Positions 1 to 8,138 of a DNA stretch of 32,000 nt are shown piece by piece. The number at the start of each line of letters is the position of its first letter. The stretch's first letter is position 1. The translations under genes were made by a program, and so were the position numbers. A model generated the notes under the pieces. That model saw nothing but the letters and a program-made list of their open reading frames with translations. It was not told the origin of the DNA and did not search any database. The stretch is from Edaphobacter aggregans (lineage in GTDB: Bacteria > Acidobacteriota > Terriglobia > Terriglobales > Acidobacteriaceae): assembly GCF_003945235.1 (NCBI RefSeq), contig NZ_RSDW01000001.1:6120001-6152000 (forward strand), read 5' to 3'.

Positions 1-1
1 C

Positions 2-202
2 AGCGCGACGATTACTTCGAACGATTTTTTAACGTTGTTGGTGAGCGAGTTGAAGAATCAGGATCCGACGCAGCCGACCGACCCTACTGAATACATAACG
101 CAGATGGTAGGCGTGAACAGCCTGCAGCAGTTGATTGATATCAATCAGGGGTTGGCCTCGGTGGAAGGAACATCGACGTCTTCTTCTACAACTTCAAGCT
201 AA
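2..202 (+). CDS. flgD: Flagellar hook-capping/assembly protein FlgD, last 66 codons (5' end off-window)
   Basis: Frame 2 is open from the window edge to TAA at 200-202. It reads ...SNDFLTLLVSELKNQDPTQPTDPTEYITQMVGVNSLQQL..., the FLxLLxxQLxNQDPxxP signature of the FlgD N-terminal domain. It sits directly upstream of flgE. It is absent from the ORF track because no start codon lies in the window. Confidence 0.75.
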   Translation, partial: SATITSNDFLTLLVSELKNQDPTQPTDPTEYITQMVGVNSLQQLIDINQGLASVEGTSTSSSTTSS

Positions 203-287
203 CGGAATGGATGCTAAGGCTGCGGCTTTTCGGCCGGGCATTGACGACAATCGAAGTTCAACTACGAAATAACAAGGGAGCAAGACG

Positions 288-1514
288 ATGGGATCATTTT
301 CAACAGCGCTGACCGGATTGCAGGCTGATACGGTCTCGCTGAATACAATCGGCAACAATCTGGCAAATCTCAACACGACGGCCTTCAAGGATCAGAGCAC
401 GACCTTTGAAGATCTTTTCTACCAACAGATGGGAACGTCTGGATCGAATAATCCGATCCAGGTCGGCGTGGGAACGAAGGTGTCCGGCACGGATACGAAC
501 TTCTTGCAGGGGACCTTGTCGACGACGGGGAATTCGGCTGACATGGCGCTACAAGGCAATGGGTTCTTCGTCGTGCAGCAGGGCAATGTTCAGTCATTGA
601 CGCGGGCCGGCAACTTTCAACTGGATCAGGTGGGAAATCTGACGACTGTAGATGGTGAGCAGGTGATGGGATATCCAGCTCCTGGCGGAGTTGTGAACAC
701 GAATGCTGGTCTGGTGCCACTGAGCGTCCCCGTAGGCGTGAATGAGGCTGCCCATGCGACACAAAACTTCTCGGTGACGGCAAATCTGGATGCCAGTGCT
801 GCCACGGGAACGCAGGTAACGAGCCCAGTAAAGGTGTATGACTCACTTGGCCAGAGTCATGAGGTTTCGGTGTCGTATACGAAGACGGGGGCGAATACAT
901 GGGATTATTCGATAACGCTTCCTGCGGGTGATGCGACGGGAACGCCGGTGAACAATACGGGGACGCTGACGTTTGATACGAATGGGAACCTGGTGTCGCC
1001 AACGGCGAACGTTGCGGGGATTACGTTTCCTGCCTTGGCGGATGGAGCGAGCGATATGACCTTCAACTGGAATCTCTACACTAACGGGAGCCCGACGATG
1101 GCACAGTCGTCGGCGGCCTCGAGCACGGCGAATACAAATCAGGATGGTTATCCGACTGGAACGTATCAGAGCTTTACGGTAGATGCCAATGGTGTGATCT
1201 CAGCGACATTCAGCAATGGTCATACCCAGGACGTTGGGCAGGTTGCAGTGGCGTCAGTTACGAACACCGAAGGCCTGGTTCTGGTCGGCAATAACAACTA
1301 CATGACGACGGCGGCCTCTGGCACAGCGACGGTCGGCGTGGCGGGCGTTGGCGGACGTGGGACGATCGAGGACTCGGCGTTGGAGCAATCGAATGTCGAT
1401 ATCTCGACAGAGTTCGCCAATCTGATCGTGGCGCAGAGAGCGTTTCAGGCGAACTCGAAGACGATGACGACGTTCGATTCGGTGGCGCAGGATACGATCG
1501 CGATGATTCGATAG
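288..1514 (+). CDS. flgE: Flagellar hook protein FlgE
   Basis: 408-aa ORF. The N-terminus (MGSFSTALTGLQA...LNTIGNNLANLNTTAFK) and C-terminus (ALEQSNVDISTEFANLIVAQRAFQANSKTMTTFD) are the conserved rod/hook family ends. A GGGAG Shine-Dalgarno lies ~7 nt upstream. Confidence 0.95.
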   Translation: MGSFSTALTGLQADTVSLNTIGNNLANLNTTAFKDQSTTFEDLFYQQMGTSGSNNPIQVGVGTKVSGTDTNFLQGTLSTTGNSADMALQGNGFFVVQQGNVQSLTRAGNFQLDQVGNLTTVDGEQVMGYPAPGGVVNTNAGLVPLSVPVGVNEAAHATQNFSVTANLDASAATGTQVTSPVKVYDSLGQSHEVSVSYTKTGANTWDYSITLPAGDATGTPVNNTGTLTFDTNGNLVSPTANVAGITFPALADGASDMTFNWNLYTNGSPTMAQSSAASSTANTNQDGYPTGTYQSFTVDANGVISATFSNGHTQDVGQVAVASVTNTEGLVLVGNNNYMTTAASGTATVGVAGVGGRGTIEDSALEQSNVDISTEFANLIVAQRAFQANSKTMTTFDSVAQDTIAMIR

Positions 1515-1527
1515 TGTGGGTTGCTAG

Positions 1528-1576
1528 CAAAGCGGGTGCTGAGTTGAAGTCTGACTTGGCACCCGCTGCTTTTTGC
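1528..1576 (+). terminator. Hairpin plus T-run after flgE (intrinsic terminator or attenuator)
   Basis: AGCGGGTGC (1531-1539) pairs perfectly with GCACCCGCT (1559-1567) and is followed by GCTTTTTGC. It lies 14 nt after the flgE stop. Confidence 0.6.
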
Positions 1577-1656
1577 TGCCTTGTTGGGGGATTCTAAAGA
1601 TCCGTTAATTTTCAAGAGGCTGGCTATGGCTACTAGCTTGCAGTAATTACGGCATC

Positions 1657-2202
1657 ATGGCTACTTCTTCTCCAGTTGTTCCAGTTAGTGGTTCTGTTGA
1701 GCCGGTAAAGCTTCCGGTTGTTTCGCTGATGGTTGCGGTCGTGGTTGGGATTGTTGTCGCGACTGCAGGAGTTAGTGGGTTTGTTTATCTTCTTGCGCGC
1801 TCGGGCCATCTCCCGATGCCTGTCGCCGCTGCCGCTAAGGCCGAGCCGTCTGGACCGAGTGCAACGCGCGCGCTAGTGTTGGATTCGCTGCTGGTCAACC
1901 TGGCGGATAGCGGTGGGAGTGCGTATCTGCGAGTGGGTATGACGCTACGGGTGGTGGATGTCGTTGAGAAAAGCGGCGCGAAAAAGGACAACAAAGCTGT
2001 CGACGAAAAGATGAGCAAAGATGTCGAGGCGGCTGTTAGGGATACGGCGTTGACGGTTCTGGGCAGACAGACTTCAGAGGGATTGCTCGCGCCAGACGGC
2101 AAAGAGAAGTTGAAGATTGAGCTGAAGGCAGCGATGGCAAAACATAATGCGGATCTGAAGATTGAGGATCTGTTCTTCACTGAGTTTCTGGTGCAGCGGT
2201 AG
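1657..2202 (+). CDS. fliL: Flagellar basal-body-associated protein FliL
   Basis: 181 aa with a single N-terminal TM segment (VVSLMVAVVVGIVVATAGVSGFVYLL). This is followed by a FliL-type core (LDSLLVNLADSGGSAYLRVGMTLRV...LFFTEFLVQ). Confidence 0.85.
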   Translation: MATSSPVVPVSGSVEPVKLPVVSLMVAVVVGIVVATAGVSGFVYLLARSGHLPMPVAAAAKAEPSGPSATRALVLDSLLVNLADSGGSAYLRVGMTLRVVDVVEKSGAKKDNKAVDEKMSKDVEAAVRDTALTVLGRQTSEGLLAPDGKEKLKIELKAAMAKHNADLKIEDLFFTEFLVQR

Positions 2203-2209
2203 GAGATTT

Positions 2210-2539
2210 ATGACGGATACGGAGCTGATTCCTCGTGATGCCGAGCTGTCGACATTGCCGGTGGGTTCGGTCAGGATGGGAACTTTGGGAATGTCGCGGA
2301 TTGAAGAACATGTGGCTTGGCCTTTGATGGCACGACTTGCGGTGAGGTTAGAGGCAGGAATTCCGCTGCCTCGGTTCAAGGTTCGCGATCTGCTGCGACT
2401 GGAAATTGACCAGGTTATCGAGAGCGAGTCGCCGGATTCGGAGGATGTTCCTCTGAAGGTCGGGCAGGTCCAGTTGGGATGGAGCGAGTTTGAAGTGGTC
2501 GAGCAGCAACTGGCTGTGCGGTTGACACGGTTGGCGTAG
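2210..2539 (+). CDS. FliN/FliY-like SpoA-domain flagellar switch protein (first of two in the cluster)
   Basis: ATG at 2210 has an AGGAGA SD overlapping the fliL stop; the track ORF begins earlier at 2162. The C-terminal ~75 aa (VRLEAGIPLPRFKVRDLLRLEIDQVIESE...VPLKVGQVQLGWSEFEVVEQQLAVRLTRLA) fit the surface-presentation-of-antigens (SpoA) pattern of FliN. Confidence 0.8.
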   Translation: MTDTELIPRDAELSTLPVGSVRMGTLGMSRIEEHVAWPLMARLAVRLEAGIPLPRFKVRDLLRLEIDQVIESESPDSEDVPLKVGQVQLGWSEFEVVEQQLAVRLTRLA

Positions 2540-2580
2540 CGACTGGGTAAGAACGAAGACGTGACGAACGGAGCGGATGG

Positions 2581-2874
2581 ATGCAGGTTACACAAAAGAC
2601 CGAACAGACGATCGCAGAGAATGCAGGTTTGGAGTTGCAGGGGTTTGCGGGATGGTTGCTTGGCCTTGTGCGGGGTCGAAGAGGTGTGCGTCATGGACAG
2701 CAGAGGTTGATGAAAGTGGTGGAGACGCTGCCGTTGGGTGGGAAGCGTCAATTGATGCTGGTGCGCTGCGGGGAGAAGCATTTTCTTGTTGGCGGCGGGC
2801 TTGAGAGTGTTGAGACGATTGTGCGGGTTGAGGGTGGGATGTCGATCGAGAGTCAGGATGGGATATGTCTCTAG
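2581..2874 (+). CDS. fliO: Flagellar biosynthesis protein FliO (probable)
   Basis: 97 aa, positioned immediately before and overlapping fliP. It has a short hydrophobic N-terminal segment, then LPLGGKRQLMLVRCGEKHFLVGGG, which resembles the FliO core. The call rests mostly on position. Confidence 0.6.
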   Translation: MQVTQKTEQTIAENAGLELQGFAGWLLGLVRGRRGVRHGQQRLMKVVETLPLGGKRQLMLVRCGEKHFLVGGGLESVETIVRVEGGMSIESQDGICL

Positions 2875-3764
2875 GGCGTGGGCTGCGATGGTTCGCTCTG
2901 GTGGTATGGATGGTGGTGCCTCTGCCGGTGATGCTGGGCCAGCAGACGTTATTGGCGTCGTCGGCTTCTCCTGAGTCGTTTTGGGTGAAGCGGGATGCGG
3001 GTAAATCGAACGGCGTGGGTACGGGGAAAAAGGTCGCGGGGAAGGCCGGGGGCAAAGCACATTTGCACGAGTCGGCTGCCGGTCCGACTGGGAATACTGG
3101 GTTGAGCAAGAAAGACTCGATTGCGAGCGAGCTGGAGTCCAACCGGAGTACGCCGTGGTCGATTGTGGTGGGGTTGACGCTTTTGACGTTGTTGCCTGCG
3201 TTGCTGCTGTCGATGACTCCGCTGGTACGACTGTTGGTGGTGTTTCACTTTCTGCGGCAGGCGTTGGGGACGCAGACGGCGCCTTCGAATCAGGTGTTGA
3301 TGGGACTGGCGTTGATGATGACCTGGTTCCTGATGCAGCCGGTGCTGCAGGAGGTGGAGCAGAAGGCAGTCGCTCCGTATCGAGCGGGGGCGATCTCGGG
3401 TGAAGATGCGTTGGATCGCGGTGTTCAGCCGGTGAAGCAGTACATGCTGCGTTATGCGCGGGAGAAGGATCTTGCTGTATTTGCTTCAGCGGGGATGAGT
3501 GAGCGGCCAAAGACGAAGGAGGATCTTCCGATCCAGGTTGTCGTGCCGGCTTACATCCTGAGTGAGCTGAAGGCTGGATTTCAGATTGGGGCGGTTTTGT
3601 TTCTGCCGTTTCTTCTGGTGGACATTGTGGTTGCCAGCGTGACGACTTCGATCGGGATGATGCAGCTGCCGCCGGTGGTGATCTCGACGCCTTTGAAGAT
3701 TCTGCTGTTTGTGATGGTGGATGGATGGAATCTGCTGGCGGACCAGTTGATTAAGAGCTTCTAA
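2865..3764 (+). CDS. fliP: Flagellar type III export apparatus protein FliP
   Basis: The core (WSIVVGLTLLTLLPALLLSMTPLVRLLVVFHFLRQALGTQTAPSNQVLMGLALMMTWFLMQPV...) is the highly conserved FliP sequence. An N-terminal signal peptide and an unusually long linker precede it. The start overlaps fliO by 10 nt. Confidence 0.93.
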   Translation: MSLGRGLRWFALVVWMVVPLPVMLGQQTLLASSASPESFWVKRDAGKSNGVGTGKKVAGKAGGKAHLHESAAGPTGNTGLSKKDSIASELESNRSTPWSIVVGLTLLTLLPALLLSMTPLVRLLVVFHFLRQALGTQTAPSNQVLMGLALMMTWFLMQPVLQEVEQKAVAPYRAGAISGEDALDRGVQPVKQYMLRYAREKDLAVFASAGMSERPKTKEDLPIQVVVPAYILSELKAGFQIGAVLFLPFLLVDIVVASVTTSIGMMQLPPVVISTPLKILLFVMVDGWNLLADQLIKSF

Positions 3765-3788
3765 CTTTTGGGTTTTGTGGAGATGTGA

Positions 3789-4058
3789 ATGGGGCCGGAC
3801 CAGACGGTGGAGATGATGCGGAAGGTGCTGATGGAGGCGATGATGCTATCTGCTCCGCTGCTGGTTACAGCTTGCCTTGTAAGTCTTCTGGTGAGTCTGG
3901 CGCAGACGTTGACGAGTGTGCAGGAGCAGACGCTGACGGCGGTGCCTCGGCTGGTGGTTGTGTTCGGCGTCACGATGACGATCCTTCCGTGGGTGGTGCA
4001 TCGGCTGGTGAGCTTCACGCTGCATATGTTGACCGGGTTTCACAAGTACCTGGGGTAG
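3789..4058 (+). CDS. fliQ: Flagellar export apparatus protein FliQ
   Basis: 89 aa with two TM segments. The sequence ...LMLSAPLLVTACLVSLLVSLAQTLTSVQEQTLTAVPRL... is typical FliQ. A GTGGAGA SD lies upstream. Confidence 0.93.
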   Translation: MGPDQTVEMMRKVLMEAMMLSAPLLVTACLVSLLVSLAQTLTSVQEQTLTAVPRLVVVFGVTMTILPWVVHRLVSFTLHMLTGFHKYLG

Positions 4059-4063
4059 ATGGC

Positions 4064-4846
4064 ATGAATCGAGAGGCTAGCACATTGATCAACGATTGGC
4101 CGCAGTACCTGACGGCGGCGGTGCTTGTGCTGGTGCGATTGAGTGGGCTGATGGTGTTTGCGCCGTTGTTTTCTTCAGCGGCAATTGCTCCTCGGATCAA
4201 GGCTGGGTTTGTGATCGCGATGACGGTCTTGCTTGCGCCTGCTGTTGCGGCGGTTCCGAATGCGCGGGTGTCGCTGGATATGAAGGCAGTGTTGGGTGAA
4301 TTGGGTGTGGGATTGGTGTTTGGGTTGTCGCTGACGTTGCTGAATGAAGCGCTGACATTTGCTGGGGCGTTGTTGGGAATGCAGTTCAGTTTTTCGCTGG
4401 TGAATCTTATGGATCCGAACTCAAAGATCGAGACGCCCGTGTTAGGACAGATGCTGGGGTGGCTGGGGATTCTTGTACTGATCGGTGCGGGGTTGGATAG
4501 AAGTTTGCTGGCTGCTGTGGTGAGGAGCTTCTGCACTGTGCCGGTGGGACAGGCGGTGGTGCAGGCGAAGACGGGGATGGCACTGGCGATGATGGCGGGC
4601 GGGATTTTTTTGGCAGGGCTGCAGTTGGCTGCTCCGGTGATTGCAGCGGCGATGGCGGTGGAGGTGACGATTGCGTTGGTGGCTCGGCTGTCTCCGCAGT
4701 TGCCGGCGATGGTGCTGAGTGTGCCGCTGAAGACGCTGGTGTCATATGCGGTGCTTATCGGGAGTTTGGCGGTTTGGCCGGGATGGATTGAGCGGCACTT
4801 TACTGCGTTGCTGGATGTGGCGGGAAGGTTGATCGCGAACGCATGA
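4064..4846 (+). CDS. fliR: Flagellar export apparatus protein FliR
   Basis: The internal ATG at 4064 of track ORF 3785..4846 is 5 nt after the fliQ stop. It gives a polytopic membrane protein (LTAAVLVLVRLSGLMVFAPLFSS...) of FliR size and order. The upstream 93 codons of the track ORF overlap fliQ out of frame and look like Gly/Asp-rich GC shadow. Confidence 0.9.
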   Translation: MNREASTLINDWPQYLTAAVLVLVRLSGLMVFAPLFSSAAIAPRIKAGFVIAMTVLLAPAVAAVPNARVSLDMKAVLGELGVGLVFGLSLTLLNEALTFAGALLGMQFSFSLVNLMDPNSKIETPVLGQMLGWLGILVLIGAGLDRSLLAAVVRSFCTVPVGQAVVQAKTGMALAMMAGGIFLAGLQLAAPVIAAAMAVEVTIALVARLSPQLPAMVLSVPLKTLVSYAVLIGSLAVWPGWIERHFTALLDVAGRLIANA

Positions 4847-5988
4847 GCACGAAGGGGACGGAACAGGCTACTCCTGAACGAAGGAAGAAGGCGAAGGCGA
4901 AGGGCGATAGTGTTCGCAGCCGTGAGTTGCTTTCTGCGATGGCAATGCTGGGTGGTGTGGCGATGTTGGGGATTTCGGCCCATGGATTTGTTGCGGGTTG
5001 GGGCAAGGTCTATATCGAGAGCTTGCGATCTGCTGCGGTGGACGAGGTGAACGGGGATCAGGGGTGGAATGAAGCTGTGCGGCGAATGCTTGCTCCTGCG
5101 TTGCTACCGGTTGGGCTAGTTATGGCCGCGAGCTTCGGGGGTGCGCTGCTTGCGGGTGTGGCGCAGGGTGGTGGAGTGCAGGTTCATCCGAACGCGGTGG
5201 GAGTGAAGTTTTCGAAGTTGAATCCGGTTACGAATTTGGGACACCTGTTTAGTTTGCGATCGACGACACGTCTGGTGAAGTCTCTGGTGCCTGCGGCAGT
5301 GATGGTGGTGTTGGGGTGGGGAGCGCTGAAAGCGTTGATGCTGCCTATGCCGGTGATGAGTTTGATGCGGCTACCCGCTACGTTTTCGACGGCGTATGGA
5401 CTGGCGCTGGATGCGGCTTGGGTGACTCTGGCTTGGTCTGGGCTGGACTATGCGATGGAGTGGAGGAGCTGGAATGAGCGGCTGAAGATGAGCAAGCAGG
5501 AGATCCGCGATGAAGTGAAAGAGGCGATGGGAAACCCGCAGGTGAAGATGAAGATCCGCCAGATCCAGATGGCGATGCGGAAGCGCAAGGTCAAGGCGGA
5601 TATGTCGCGCGCGAGTGTGGTGATTACGAATCCGACGCACTATGCGGTGGCGCTGGAATTCAGCTTCGAAACGATGGAGGCCCCGAAGGTGCTGTGCAAG
5701 GGACGTGATCTGCATGCGGCGGAGATTCGAGAAGAGGCTCGGTGGGCTGGGATTCCGATGATAGAGAACCCTCCGTTGGCACGGAGTTTGTACAGGATGG
5801 TGGAACCAGGTCAGTCAATTCCATTTGAGCTGTATGCGACGGTTGCGGGGATTCTGGCTTATCTGTACCGGCAGAAAGTGGAGGAACGGATGCGGCGGGA
5901 ACGGCAGGCACAGTTGGTTCGACAGAGTGGAGGGCTTCGTGAGATGGCAATGGCTGGTGGAATGCGTGGATTTGGAGGTGGAATGTGA
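4843..5988 (+). CDS. flhB: Flagellar export switch protein FlhB
   Basis: 381 aa. The N-terminus is KGTEQATPERRKKAKAKGDSVRSRELLSA, and the NPTH autocleavage motif is present (VVITNPTHYAVAL). It has an ATGA overlap with fliR. Confidence 0.95.
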   Translation: MSTKGTEQATPERRKKAKAKGDSVRSRELLSAMAMLGGVAMLGISAHGFVAGWGKVYIESLRSAAVDEVNGDQGWNEAVRRMLAPALLPVGLVMAASFGGALLAGVAQGGGVQVHPNAVGVKFSKLNPVTNLGHLFSLRSTTRLVKSLVPAAVMVVLGWGALKALMLPMPVMSLMRLPATFSTAYGLALDAAWVTLAWSGLDYAMEWRSWNERLKMSKQEIRDEVKEAMGNPQVKMKIRQIQMAMRKRKVKADMSRASVVITNPTHYAVALEFSFETMEAPKVLCKGRDLHAAEIREEARWAGIPMIENPPLARSLYRMVEPGQSIPFELYATVAGILAYLYRQKVEERMRRERQAQLVRQSGGLREMAMAGGMRGFGGGM

Positions 5989-8093
5989 GTGAAGCGGTGA
6001 TGACGAAGAATGATGGGTTTTCTACTGCGAAATTGCAGAGTTTGTTGCTGCCGGTAACTGCGATCAGCATGGTGTTCGTGATGCTGATTCCGGTGCCGAG
6101 CTTTGTGCTGGATCTTTTGCTGGCTGCTTCGATTACGGCTTCGGTGATTGTGTTTCTAACGGCTGTGCAGGTGCGACGGGCGGTAGATTTCTCTGTGTTT
6201 CCTACGCTGCTCTTATTGCTGACGTTGTTCCGGCTGTCGCTGAACCTGGCTTCGAGCCGAAGAATTCTGCTGCATGGACATGAGGGGACGCATGCCGCGG
6301 GTGCGGTGATTGAGGCGTTTGGGCAGTTTGTGATCGGGGGAAACTACGTTGTTGGGTTTGTATTGTTTCTGGCGCTGATCGCGATTCAGTTTTTGGTGGT
6401 GAGTCATGGCGCGGTGCGGACGGCGGAGGTGACAGCGCGGTTCACGCTGGATGCTCTTCCTGGTAAGCAGATGGCGATCGATGCGGATATGAACGCCGGG
6501 TTGATCGATGAGCAGGGTGCACGGAAGCGTCGGCAGGCGATTGCGCGAGAGGCCGAGTTCTATGGCGCGATGGATGGTGCGGCGAAGTTCAATCAGAGGG
6601 ATTCGCTGGCGACGATTCTGATTACGGTGATCAATATTGTGGCGGGATTGTTGATTGGAGTGCTGCAGCAAGGCGCTGATCTGACTACGGCGGTGAAGAC
6701 TTACACGATTCTTACGGTTGGCGATGGCTTGGTGACGATGATTCCGAGCCTGCTGGTGTCGATTGCTGGTGGCATGGTGCTGACGCGGGCTTCTTCGGCG
6801 GGATCGCTTGATGATGAGCTGGGAACGCAGTTGCTGCGCGGGCGGAACACGCTTTGGATTGCGTGTGCTGTATTGCTTGGACTGGCTTTGATTCCGGGAT
6901 TGCCGAAGTTGTCGTTTGTGTTGATGGCGGCTGGGGTTGCGCTGATCGCGCGGAGACTGCCGACCGGGAAGAATGGGGCGGCAGCGGTAGATGAAGCTGC
7001 TCCTGGAGAGAAGGCGAAGGTGGTTGAGGTGGCGAAGAGCGAGAACCTGGCTTCGCTGCTGAAGATGGATGAGCTGACGCTGGAGATTGGATTTCAGCTG
7101 ATCTCGATGGTCGATGAGAAGCAGGGCGGGCAGATGCTGAATCGGGTTCGTGCGCTGCGACGGCATCTGGCTACGGAGCTTGGGTTCATTGTTCCGGCGG
7201 TACATATTACGGACAATCTGCGGTTGAAGCCGAGAGAGTATGTGGTGAGTCTGCGGGGAGTGGAGATTGCGCGATGGCAGACGGAGCAGAACTGTTTGCT
7301 TGCGGTAAATGCTGATCCTAAGGCTCGCGCTCTGCCGGGTGTGGAGACGCGGGAGCCGGCGTTCGGCGTGATGGCCAGGTGGATTCAGCCGGGGCTCGAG
7401 GAGCAGGCGCTTGCGGCGGGGTACTCGGTTGTAGACCAGACGACGGTGATTGGAACTCATCTTGGCGAGCTGATTCGCAGACATGCGCATGAGTTGTTGG
7501 GGCGGCAGGAGGTGAAGCGACTTCTGGACAGCATGAATGAGAGTCATCCGAAGCTGGTGGAAGAGTTGGTGCCGAAGCTGATGACGCTAGGTGAAGTGCA
7601 GCGGGTGTTACAGCAGCTCCTGCGGGAACAGGTTTCAATTCGCGACCTAGGGGCGATTCTTGAAGTGCTGGTTGAAGCGGCGCAACAGTCGAAGGATGTG
7701 GTGCATCTGGTGGAGAGCGTGCGTCAGTCGCTGGGACGTGGGTTGGTTCATCCGCTGCTAGATGGTGAAGGTGGGCTGCGCGTTCTGATGTTGGACCAGG
7801 CACTGGAGACGGAGTTGGTGCATACGTTCGATCCGCGCGGCGCTGCCTTGTTGCTTGGAGATGGAGCGCGACCAGGAGGAATGCCTGCGGATTTTCTGAG
7901 GCGGCTTGTGGAATCTGTGAAACGCCTAACCGGAGGGGCCCCGACATCGGCACTTCCCGTGCTTCTGTGTCAGAGTCCGGCGCGCTATCACGTACGGCGT
8001 TGGCTGGAGCCGTTTCTACCGAAAGTGACCGTGTTGGCACCGGCAGAGATTCCGCCGGAGATCCGGGTACGGAGTTTAGGGACGGTTGGTTGA
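5985..8093 (+). CDS. flhA: Flagellar export gate protein FlhA
   Basis: 702 aa FHIPEP-family protein (...VGFVLFLALIAIQFLVVSHGAVRTAEVTARFTLDALPGKQMAIDADMNAGLI...). The GTG start at 5985 overlaps the flhB stop; an alternative ATG lies at 6000. Confidence 0.97.
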   Translation: MSEAVMTKNDGFSTAKLQSLLLPVTAISMVFVMLIPVPSFVLDLLLAASITASVIVFLTAVQVRRAVDFSVFPTLLLLLTLFRLSLNLASSRRILLHGHEGTHAAGAVIEAFGQFVIGGNYVVGFVLFLALIAIQFLVVSHGAVRTAEVTARFTLDALPGKQMAIDADMNAGLIDEQGARKRRQAIAREAEFYGAMDGAAKFNQRDSLATILITVINIVAGLLIGVLQQGADLTTAVKTYTILTVGDGLVTMIPSLLVSIAGGMVLTRASSAGSLDDELGTQLLRGRNTLWIACAVLLGLALIPGLPKLSFVLMAAGVALIARRLPTGKNGAAAVDEAAPGEKAKVVEVAKSENLASLLKMDELTLEIGFQLISMVDEKQGGQMLNRVRALRRHLATELGFIVPAVHITDNLRLKPREYVVSLRGVEIARWQTEQNCLLAVNADPKARALPGVETREPAFGVMARWIQPGLEEQALAAGYSVVDQTTVIGTHLGELIRRHAHELLGRQEVKRLLDSMNESHPKLVEELVPKLMTLGEVQRVLQQLLREQVSIRDLGAILEVLVEAAQQSKDVVHLVESVRQSLGRGLVHPLLDGEGGLRVLMLDQALETELVHTFDPRGAALLLGDGARPGGMPADFLRRLVESVKRLTGGAPTSALPVLLCQSPARYHVRRWLEPFLPKVTVLAPAEIPPEIRVRSLGTVG

Positions 8094-8138
8094 GGTCGAT
8101 GGTTCAGACGGTGAAAGCGCAAGGATATGGAGGAAGTG

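Noticed and set aside
1556-1576. TGGCAC followed by TTGC downstream of flgE, resembling a sigma-54 -24/-12 promoter for fliL
   Set aside because: The GG and GC elements are separated by 15 nt rather than the strict 10 nt. The TGGCAC is simply the right arm of the flgE terminator hairpin.
2074-3510. 478-aa ORF on the - strand spanning fliL, fliO and fliP
   Set aside because: It is antisense to strongly conserved flagellar genes. The translation is Pro/Ser/Thr/Ala-rich low complexity, typical of GC-rich shadow ORFs. The same reasoning applies to 385..1002(-), 4015..4983(-), 6213..7547(-), 7318..8040(-), 8241..8960(-) and 9564..10414(-).
3785-4063. N-terminal 93 codons of track ORF 3785..4846, which would make a 353-aa FliR
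   Set aside because: This part overlaps fliQ in another frame and reads as Gly/Asp/Ala-rich filler. The FliR-like sequence begins at ATG 4064, 5 nt after the fliQ stop.
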